Source: Candidatus Aminicenantia bacterium (GTDB taxonomy: Bacteria > Acidobacteriota > Aminicenantia > Aminicenantales > Saccharicenantaceae). From it: a stretch of DNA of 64,000 nucleotides. Made by a program: the position numbers and the translations under genes. The first letter of the stretch is position 1; every line of letters starts with the position of its first letter. Under the pieces are notes generated by a model. The model saw only the letters and a program-made list of their open reading frames with translations. It had not been told where the DNA came from and searched no databases. Shown here piece after piece: positions 27,592-35,006 of this stretch. The DNA lies in NCBI GenBank assembly GCA_041479905.1, contig JBGOYY010000009.1, positions 653-64,652 on the forward strand, read 5' to 3'.

Positions 27592-28659
27592 TCATGTCTG
27601 CGGGTCTCTTTGTCCCGAAATAATGGCGATCAAATTCACAACTGCCGTAGTAGCCTCGGCACACATCGCAGCCGCTCGGAAGTCCGCCGTCCGCCTGTGC
27701 GTGACTTCGTTGGCGAAGTCCAATGATGATTTTGAATGTCGGCGTGCGGTTTCATTTGTTTGGCCGGGTAGCTTTGCCGCGAGATAGGCGTCGATCATTC
27801 TCTTCGCGTCAGTTGAGCTTGGGATGACACCATCCTCGGTGGGATACGCACCTGCATTGTAGACCGTCTGGGCTAGTGATATTAGAGTTTCTCGGCAGAG
27901 CAATCCAACGGCTTGAAACTGCTCCTCAGTTTTCGCTTGCGCGAGGCGCGTTCTTATCTCGCCAAGGGTTCGGTCAACACGAGTCCATCCAGTGGGTCCA
28001 GTGAAGATTATCTGTGTTGGCGTTATTTCGCCTTGCTTGAGCGCTTTCGCCACCGGACCGAACAGCCCGTTGATGTAGTTCCTTCGTGACTGGTAGGAGG
28101 GAAGGTCTCCGCTGCTCCATTTGCCGTACCATTCCCAGAGATCGGAGTACGGGTTGGGGTCTTCAATTTCTCTCTCTGCTAGCCCGGTGTGAATCAACTC
28201 GCGCCGCTCCTTGTAGTCGTGGTTAACAGTCTCGATGCGGGGGCCGCCAGTGGAGACGGATATCATTAGATTTCTCTGTGCATCGAGTGCTGTGAGCACA
28301 TCCGTGTTGGAGATCTGATGCGGTTGGATTGGCGTCTGTGTCGTAGTAATCAGTAGGGGCGAAACAACGACCTCTCCAATCCAAGTGTTCGGATATTTCC
28401 GCAGGATGGGTCGAAGCTTTTCCTTGATTGTCTCTTCAACGGTCTTCAGGTTTGCTTCGTAGGTTGCATAGATGTCTGTGGGCACTTCGAGGTATAGTCC
28501 ATAGATGTCGGTGCCACCATTCCAGTTGTCATAGCCGACTTGCTCAATTCGCGCTTGTGCAGCCCGCAGGATCTCGCTTTCTGGATAGCTGCCGTCGTGG
28601 TTGAACAGCTCTCGCAGTGTTCTGATCAGGGCGTCACAGTCTTGTGAAATATCGGCCAT
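27592..28659 (-). CDS. Hypothetical protein, orphan single-gene cassette
   Basis: Long ORF of intermediate GC. ATG 28659 is preferred over GTG 28686 because the latter would overlap attC site D. I recognise no catalytic motif. Confidence 0.6.
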   Translation of the reverse strand: MADISQDCDALIRTLRELFNHDGSYPESEILRAAQARIEQVGYDNWNGGTDIYGLYLEVPTDIYATYEANLKTVEETIKEKLRPILRKYPNTWIGEVVVSPLLITTTQTPIQPHQISNTDVLTALDAQRNLMISVSTGGPRIETVNHDYKERRELIHTGLAEREIEDPNPYSDLWEWYGKWSSGDLPSYQSRRNYINGLFGPVAKALKQGEITPTQIIFTGPTGWTRVDRTLGEIRTRLAQAKTEEQFQAVGLLCRETLISLAQTVYNAGAYPTEDGVIPSSTDAKRMIDAYLAAKLPGQTNETARRHSKSSLDFANEVTHRRTADFRAAAMCAEATTAVVNLIAIISGQRDPQT

Positions 28660-28668
28660 ATTCTTTTC

Positions 28669-28724
28669 AGCGAACGCAGAGCTCACCCGCCACTTTAAAG
28701 GTCGGGTGTAGCGACTGGTTAGCC
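28669..28724 (-). other. attC-like recombination site D (3' end of the dcm/GHKL/vsr cassette)
   Basis: The minus strand reads GGCTAAC (containing the vsr TAA stop)...GTTCGCT. The plus-strand fold has 11 bp (28681-28691 with 28700-28712) and two bulged T (28702, 28709) on the 3' arm. Confidence 0.65.
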
Positions 28725-29183
28725 GTATTTATTACCTTCGCCAGTATTTGTAGCTTCTTTTTTTCGTAACAAAACACGGGCGATTTCTTTAACACAAGTC
28801 GACGTATCTTTTTTTATTTCGAAATCCCAAAAACGAAAAACTTTCCACCCATCTTGCTTCAAGCGTATCGTGATTGCTTTATCTCTTCGTATGTTATCTT
28901 CAATTTTCTTGAGCCAAAAACCTTTTCTTACTTTTATTTTATTCTTTTCCTCCGACCAATTGAAACCATGCCAAAAAGAGGAGTCGCAAAACACTGCGAT
29001 CTTCCGACGTTTCCAACAAAAATCAGGCGTGCCGAGTACGCCCTTTAGATTCTTGCGATACCCGCGCAAACTTGAGGTCCAAAGCGCACTGCCCAGGATC
29101 TTTTCTATTCCCGTCCCTTTCGCTTTCACACAGGACATTTTGTATGAAACAATTTCCTTTTTACTTCGCTTTAAAAGAGTCAT
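28719..29183 (-). CDS. vsr: Very-short-patch repair endonuclease
   Basis: GTPDFCW...KIAVFCDSSFWHG core typical of Vsr. About 154 aa. Confidence 0.85.
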   Translation of the reverse strand: MTLLKRSKKEIVSYKMSCVKAKGTGIEKILGSALWTSSLRGYRKNLKGVLGTPDFCWKRRKIAVFCDSSFWHGFNWSEEKNKIKVRKGFWLKKIEDNIRRDKAITIRLKQDGWKVFRFWDFEIKKDTSTCVKEIARVLLRKKEATNTGEGNKYG

Positions 29184-29186
29184 TAC

Positions 29187-30863
29187 TTATTTATCTTTAT
29201 TAGACAACAGAGCTTTTATCCTCTCCTTTATATTGGAATAAACAGTAGTTAATTTACTTTTTGCCTCATCGGTTAGAAGGGCTGTATGTGCAAGGGCATC
29301 TCTAAGTGGTTTATACTCCTTTGCATCCCTCGAAAGACAAGCTTCCATCTGAGTATCTTTCTTGTCCACCATATTTGCAAGTGCATCCATTGCTAAATAA
29401 CTTAATATAGTATTTGTTTTTCTAATTTCTATGGATATGTTTCCTTTCTTTTTACTGTCCGTTTCTTTATTTCTCCATTTATCATATTCTTCTTTTGCTT
29501 CTTTAGAGAGGGGAACCTTCTTTTCTTGAATATATTTTCTGATTAGGTTTTCGGATATAAAACATTCCGCATAAGACGCAAAATTATATTTCGCATCAGC
29601 GCCCAAATCAATAACCCACCCATCAATAGTTTTACTATTCATTGAATCTTTAGGAAGAATATATTCTTCGGAAACTGCGTTATATAGTTCCTCAGCCTTT
29701 CTCTCTTTTTTGGTGATACTTGTATCCTCTGAATCACCATCATTTCTATGCTTTCTTCTCCAAGCATCCCAATCGTTAAGAATTTTACCTATAATTTTAT
29801 CTCTTAATGAATCTAGAAGCTCCTTGTATTTGGGGTCATCTGCAACGATGCTTTCACGACTACTAGTGAATCTGTCCACCACATCGTCCAAATCGTTAAA
29901 ATGAACCTGCCCGTATAAGTAACTTTCGACCACCCTAGCGGTGGGAATGTGTTTTAAAATGTCTCTTTCTCTTAATCTACCATTGACAAAAAGATCAACG
30001 CCGATCCTTTCGTCAATAGTAATTATTTTGAGATTCCTCGGCTTTTCGACAGAGGCAATAAATCCCTTAATATTTCCTTTTACATTAAGTTGTTTTTCTT
30101 CATTTTTGTCTGGAGTAAATTTCTCTTGAAGCTTCTGAATATAGGGATCGGGAAGATCGTTTATTTTCCATAGAAACTGCGTTTTTGAGGCAAGATCATC
30201 CAAACAATCCTGAGTAACCTTCTCATCGTCAATAAATATATCAAAGGCCTGATCCAATAAAGAGAATCGAAAATACAGAGCAATGATCTTTTTTAAGAAA
30301 CCTAAGCTATGTTTTATCCCGTCTTTGATATTTTCAAAATAAATAATAGTGCCTTGGTCATGATCTTTTATATGCTGGCTAAAAGTATCTATCCTCCATT
30401 CTCCTAATGGATATTCCTTTGGCGTCAAGTCGTCGGTTATGGCTCGATCCAAATCTGAATTATCAATAACCCCGCCAATATAATTCCCGCCGTGTGTTTT
30501 TGATATAATAGTAATTTTCTCTGCGCACGATAATAATGCTAATTTCCCGATTCCCTTTCTGCCGATGTATGGCCTATTTTTTTGGGGAGAAGCTTTTCCC
30601 TCTTTTCTTTTTGTATATCCGATCTTCAAAAACTTATTTTGGAAATCACCCGCAGTCATACCCACGCCATCATCTTTTATGAAAAAGTTGTTCTTTGCTT
30701 TATCGATATAAATGCTTACATTCTCAGCATCTGCATCCCATGCATTAGAAATCGCCTCCCCAAGAACAGTTGCGAAGCTTCTGTATAAATTTCTTCCCAA
30801 GTGATTTAGGACACTCAAAGAAATTTCAAACGAAAAATTATGACTTTCTGATTGGCTATTCAT
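29187..30863 (-). CDS. GHKL (HATPase_c, MutL/MORC-like) ATPase with long C-terminal extension and a possible HEPN-type Rx4H motif
   Basis: Bergerat-fold boxes EAISNAWDA (N box), IKDDGVGM (G1) and GRKGIGKLA (G2). LRDALAH lies 33 residues from the C-terminus. ATG 30863 overlaps the dcm stop by 8 nt. Confidence 0.75.
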   Translation of the reverse strand: MNSQSESHNFSFEISLSVLNHLGRNLYRSFATVLGEAISNAWDADAENVSIYIDKAKNNFFIKDDGVGMTAGDFQNKFLKIGYTKRKEGKASPQKNRPYIGRKGIGKLALLSCAEKITIISKTHGGNYIGGVIDNSDLDRAITDDLTPKEYPLGEWRIDTFSQHIKDHDQGTIIYFENIKDGIKHSLGFLKKIIALYFRFSLLDQAFDIFIDDEKVTQDCLDDLASKTQFLWKINDLPDPYIQKLQEKFTPDKNEEKQLNVKGNIKGFIASVEKPRNLKIITIDERIGVDLFVNGRLRERDILKHIPTARVVESYLYGQVHFNDLDDVVDRFTSSRESIVADDPKYKELLDSLRDKIIGKILNDWDAWRRKHRNDGDSEDTSITKKERKAEELYNAVSEEYILPKDSMNSKTIDGWVIDLGADAKYNFASYAECFISENLIRKYIQEKKVPLSKEAKEEYDKWRNKETDSKKKGNISIEIRKTNTILSYLAMDALANMVDKKDTQMEACLSRDAKEYKPLRDALAHTALLTDEAKSKLTTVYSNIKERIKALLSNKDK

Positions 30864-31929
30864 AATACTTATCAATATGCTTAATAATACTTTTTCCGAT
30901 TATTTCGCCTAATCGGACAGGTACAGCATTCCCTATGTATCTTCCTAATCTTTTAAGTCCCACAGGAGCAGTTGAAGGAATAAACTTATATTTTCTTGGA
31001 AAGGTTTGTAAAATTGCACCCTCTCGTATCGAAATGGCTCTATCTTGCTCAGGGTGACCAAATCGCCCTGTTCCAAAACTAAAAAACTGTGTGGTTATAG
31101 TAGGTGCCGGCTTATTCCATTCCATCCTTGCATAAACGGCACTATAAGTGTCGCCGGACTCTTTCCGATGACAATCCGCTCTTAATTTCTCATCCCAATC
31201 CCGCCATGAACTACCTGGCGCCGATTTTTTAATTCTTTCAAGATTGACTCCCGATAGAGCAGCCGATTTATGCAATCTATCCTTCCTTGATGATGTCCCG
31301 GCTTTAATTGACTCTAAATTACCGATAGCCATTTTGACTGTTTTGTAATTTTCTGGCTTATGTGTCGGAGCGATTAATTTTGTTTCTCCTAACTTTGAAG
31401 CAAATAGTACTAACCTTCTTCGATTTTGTGGAATTCCGTAATCTGGACAATATACAATTTGCCAACTGACATTATATTTTAACAACTTAAGACCTTCAAC
31501 AAAATCGGAGAAAACTTTATGTTTAGTTATCTGAGGAACATTTTCCATTGAAACTACTATGGGTTCCACTTTCTTAATCAATTTGAAAAAATGATAAAGC
31601 AATCCCCAATCTTCTTTAGTCTCTCTATCTTTTTCCTTTTGAGTATGCTTTGAGAATGGTTGGCATGGTGCACAACCTACCAAAACTTTCGAACTTTGGG
31701 TAGGATATAAATTTAGGATTTCTTTTGGTGTGATTTCTTTGATGCTCTTGTGAATAAACAATGCGCCATTGTTCTCTTCAAATGCAAATTTACATTTTTC
31801 ATCGACATCAACTCCGGCTACGACTTTAATACCGGACTTGTTCAAACCATAAGTCAATCCCCCAACTCCACAAAAGAGGTCTACCGCAACAATAGACAAT
31901 TTACTGTTTATATGAGATTTTGTATTCAT
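30856..31929 (-). CDS. dcm: DNA (cytosine-5)-methyltransferase
   Basis: Motif I DLFCGVGG, motif IV GCAPCQPFS, motif VI ENV, motif VIII QNRRRLV. Confidence 0.92.
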   Translation of the reverse strand: MNTKSHINSKLSIVAVDLFCGVGGLTYGLNKSGIKVVAGVDVDEKCKFAFEENNGALFIHKSIKEITPKEILNLYPTQSSKVLVGCAPCQPFSKHTQKEKDRETKEDWGLLYHFFKLIKKVEPIVVSMENVPQITKHKVFSDFVEGLKLLKYNVSWQIVYCPDYGIPQNRRRLVLFASKLGETKLIAPTHKPENYKTVKMAIGNLESIKAGTSSRKDRLHKSAALSGVNLERIKKSAPGSSWRDWDEKLRADCHRKESGDTYSAVYARMEWNKPAPTITTQFFSFGTGRFGHPEQDRAISIREGAILQTFPRKYKFIPSTAPVGLKRLGRYIGNAVPVRLGEIIGKSIIKHIDKYYE

Positions 31930-31999
31930 CTTTCTTCCGAAAAATCATCCATCATAAACACTCTTTACGTATCCGTTAGGTTATTTTTAGTTGTCATAC

Positions 32000-32062
32000 G
32001 GCTAACAATGATTATACAGTCTGTATAATTCTGGAAATACAGATCATTTCAACTGGTTATCT
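32000..32062 (-). other. attC-like recombination site E (proximal end of the array)
   Basis: The minus strand reads AGATAAC...GTTAGCC. AATGAT/ATCATT and TATACAG/CTGTATA stems lie between the cores. GTTAGCC is the exact complement of the inverse core of site D. Confidence 0.5.
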
Positions 32063-32186
32063 CCCTCTTTCAACACAGAGCTTGAGGAATTTTAGGGGTT
32101 TCGGGTAACAACGTGATCCGGTCTTTGGCCCCCTCGCCGTCGCGGATGATAATTCGGAGAAAATCAACTGAACCCCTTCAAGAGGG

Positions 32187-32215
32187 ATTCTAGATTGGCC
32201 CGGCCGGGATGTCAA
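32187..32215 (-). promoter_or_regulatory. Near-consensus sigma70 promoter reading into the cassette array
   Basis: Minus strand: TTGACA (32215-32210), a 17-nt spacer, then TAGAAT (32192-32187). It lies 21 nt downstream of the dcp stop. Confidence 0.5.
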
Positions 32216-32235
32216 GCCTGGAAATGCGTTCGGGC

Positions 32236-34350
32236 CTAGTCCAGGCCCCTCTTCTTCAAGAGGGGCTCGATCTTCGGCTCGCGGCCGCGGAAGCGCTTGT
32301 AGAGGACCATCGGGTCCTCCGTGCCGCCGCGCTCGAGGATGTTCTTCCGGAACGACTCGGCCGTGGCCCGGTCGAAGAGGCTCGTTTCCTTGAACGCCTG
32401 GAAGGCATCCGAATCCAGGACCGCGGCCCAGATGTAGCTGTAATAACCGGCCGAGTAGCCGCCGCTGAAGATGTGGGTGAAATAGGGGCTCAGGTAGCGG
32501 CTGACGATCTCGGGGATGAGGCCGATCCGGACCATCGCTTCGGCGTCGAACTTGACCGTGTCCAGCTCCTTGGCCTCGGTCCGGGTGTGCCAGTCCATGT
32601 CCAGGAAAGACGCGGCCAGGTACTCGACCGTCTCGAAGCCCTGGTTGAAGAAGCGGCTCTTCTGCATCCTCTCGAGCAGGGCGTCCGGGATGGGCTCCCC
32701 GGTCTTGTAGTGCTTGGCGTACATCTTGAGGACCTCGGGGTCGGCGGCCCAGTTCTCCATGATCTGGGAACAAAGCTCGACGAAGTCGCGGGGGACGCCC
32801 GTCCCCGACAGGCTCTCGTACTTGCAGCGGGTCAGGATACCGTGGAGGGCGTGCCCGAACTCGTGGAAGAGCGTCAGGGCCTCTTCGTAGCTGATGAGCG
32901 CCGGCTCCCCGGCCGTGGGCTTGGAGAAGTTGCCGTTGTTGGAGATGACCGGACGGATGTCTTTCCCGTCCCGGATCGACTGCTCGCGGATGTTGTTCAT
33001 CCAAGCCCCGCCCTGCTTCGAGGCCCGCGGGTAATAATCGACGTAGAGGACGGCCAGGTGGGAACCGTCGGCGTCCTTGACCTCGAACACCCGGACGTCA
33101 TCGTGGTACTTCGGGATGTCGGCCCGCTCGGTGAAGGTGATGCCATAGAGCTTGTTGGCGACCATGAAGGCGCCGTCACGGACGTTCTCGAGCTGGAAGT
33201 AGGGCCGGAGGGCGTTGTCGTCGAGGTCGTACTTGGCCTTTTTGACCTTTTCCGCGTAATACCACCAATCCCAGGGTTCGAGCTTGAAGTCCCGACCCTC
33301 CTTGCCGATCAACGCCTGCATGTCGGCCGCCTCGGCCTTGGCCCGGACGAGGGCCGGCTTCCATAGCTTGCCGAGGAAATCGTAGACGGCCTGGGGCGTC
33401 TTGGCCATGTTCTTTTCGAGGACGTAGTCGGCGTGGGTCTTGTAGCCCAGCAGGCCGGCCCGCTCGACGCGCAGGGCGGCTTCCTTCGAGGCCAGGGCCG
33501 TGTTGTCCAGCGCGTTGCCGTTCGCGCCCCGGTGTATATAGGCCTTGAACATCTTTTCCCGGAGCTCGCGCTTCTCGGAATATTGGAGGAAGGGGATGAG
33601 GCTCGGCTTGTGGAGGGTGAAGACCCATTTCCCCGGCTTGCCGCGCTCCTTGGCGGCGTCGGCCGCGCCGGCCACGACCGCGGGAGGGAGCCCGGCCAGG
33701 TCGGCTTCGTTATCGATGACCAGCTCGAAGGCGTTGTTCTCCTTGAGGATGTTCTCGCCGAACTGCACGGCGAGGACCGAGAGTTCCTCATTGACCTGGC
33801 GCAGACGGGCCTGCTTGTCCGGCGGAAAGCCGGCGCCGCCGCGGACGAAGTCCTTGTAGGTCTCTTCGAGGAGGCGGGCCTCTTCCGTCGCAAGGGTGAG
33901 CCGGTCCTTCTCGTCGTAGACCGCCTTGACCCGGGCGAAGAGGGCGGCGTTCATGGCGATGTCGTCGCCGTGCTGGGCCAGCTTGGGCGCGAGCTTCTTG
34001 TCGATCTTCTGGAGCTCCTCGTTCGTGTTGGACGAGGTCATGTTGTTGAAGACGCCAGCCACCTTGTTGAGGAGGGCACCGCTCCTCTCCAGGGCCTCGA
34101 CCGTGTTGGCGAAGGTCGGCGGCGCGGCGTTCGAAGTGATGGCCCCGACCTCTTTTTTCTGATCGGCCATCCCCCTCTCGAAAGCCGGCATGTAATGCTC
34201 GGGCTTGATGAGGTTGAAAGGCGGGACGCCGAACGGCGTCGCGAATTCGGAGAAGAAGGGATTGTCCATGACCGTTTTCTCCCCGGCCTTCTTGCCGCAG
34301 GCCGCGCAAACGAGGATCGAAAGCAAGAGAACGAAAAGAACTTTTTTCAT
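32236..34350 (-). CDS. dcp: M3-family peptidyl-dipeptidase (Dcp-like) lipoprotein
   Basis: Zinc motif FHEFGHALHG, length and layout of M3A peptidases, and a lipobox-like VCAAC. ATG 34350 (MKKVLFVLLL) is preferred over the track start at 34386. Confidence 0.85.
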   Translation of the reverse strand: MKKVLFVLLLSILVCAACGKKAGEKTVMDNPFFSEFATPFGVPPFNLIKPEHYMPAFERGMADQKKEVGAITSNAAPPTFANTVEALERSGALLNKVAGVFNNMTSSNTNEELQKIDKKLAPKLAQHGDDIAMNAALFARVKAVYDEKDRLTLATEEARLLEETYKDFVRGGAGFPPDKQARLRQVNEELSVLAVQFGENILKENNAFELVIDNEADLAGLPPAVVAGAADAAKERGKPGKWVFTLHKPSLIPFLQYSEKRELREKMFKAYIHRGANGNALDNTALASKEAALRVERAGLLGYKTHADYVLEKNMAKTPQAVYDFLGKLWKPALVRAKAEAADMQALIGKEGRDFKLEPWDWWYYAEKVKKAKYDLDDNALRPYFQLENVRDGAFMVANKLYGITFTERADIPKYHDDVRVFEVKDADGSHLAVLYVDYYPRASKQGGAWMNNIREQSIRDGKDIRPVISNNGNFSKPTAGEPALISYEEALTLFHEFGHALHGILTRCKYESLSGTGVPRDFVELCSQIMENWAADPEVLKMYAKHYKTGEPIPDALLERMQKSRFFNQGFETVEYLAASFLDMDWHTRTEAKELDTVKFDAEAMVRIGLIPEIVSRYLSPYFTHIFSGGYSAGYYSYIWAAVLDSDAFQAFKETSLFDRATAESFRKNILERGGTEDPMVLYKRFRGREPKIEPLLKKRGLD

Positions 34351-34438
34351 GGGAAATTCCCCCTTCGGTCGAGTCTTTTTACGCACGGGAAGGGTTCAAG
34401 CTACCACAGGGCCGGGAACGAAGTCAAAAAAACGGCGT

Positions 34439-34834
34439 CTATTTTTTCAGGGTCAGTTCGATAATGTCCGAATTCCCATCGGGGTCGGACCAGGCGCCCT
34501 TGAGGGTTTCGTTTTCGAGGGTCAGCTCGATCTTGATCAGCATGGATTCCGCGCCTTCGGCCAGGTCGAACTCGAAGGCGAGCTTGCCGTCCTTGAAGAC
34601 GATGTTCTTGAGCGGCGACTCGGGGACCGTTCCGGTCGAATCGTTGATCTTGCCCGTGTATCCGGCCTCGCCCTTGTCGATGACGACGGTGACGTCCACC
34701 CGGCCGCCGCCGCCGACGATGGCGAAGCCGATCCACGTGCCGATGACGTCGGGCTTTTTCTGGGCGAAAACGCCGCCGGCCAGGAGGACCAGGGCCAGCG
34801 CGGCAAAGGCCAGGATGAGCAATGTCTTTTTCAT
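34439..34834 (-). CDS. Small secreted protein of unknown function
   Basis: 131 aa with signal peptide MKKTLLILAFAALALVLLAGGVFAQ and beta-rich periodicity. The track ORF start at 35140 is an extension. Confidence 0.55.
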   Translation of the reverse strand: MKKTLLILAFAALALVLLAGGVFAQKKPDVIGTWIGFAIVGGGGRVDVTVVIDKGEAGYTGKINDSTGTVPESPLKNIVFKDGKLAFEFDLAEGAESMLIKIELTLENETLKGAWSDPDGNSDIIELTLKK

Positions 34835-35006
34835 GATCAGGCTCCTTTTAGAACGCACGAATCCTATCGACATAATAACAGACGCATTCTCCCCTCTTTT
34901 CGTTCCCCGATTCGAGGTTTTTTTACGATAAGCTCCGCTGGTGAAGGGCGCCGGCTTGACGGCCGCCAACGGCTCGGCTAGATTGGAGATGCTTGGAGAG
35001 ACGCCC

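Larger units (their letters stand above)
19347..32062 (-). mobile_element. Integron-type gene-cassette array (four cassettes, five attC-like sites) with no integrase in the window
   Basis: See the individual attC entries. All sites and all genes share one orientation, composition changes at the site boundaries, and cassette-end cores complement cassette-start cores. Confidence 0.65.

Noticed and set aside
32057-33004. 315-aa minus-strand ORF overlapping dcp.
   Set aside because: It is out of frame with the well-supported M3 peptidase (HEFGH motif) and has an Arg/Pro/Gly-rich product. Only its last about 36 codons, downstream of dcp, might be meaningful; they are discussed under the bracket-repeat finding.
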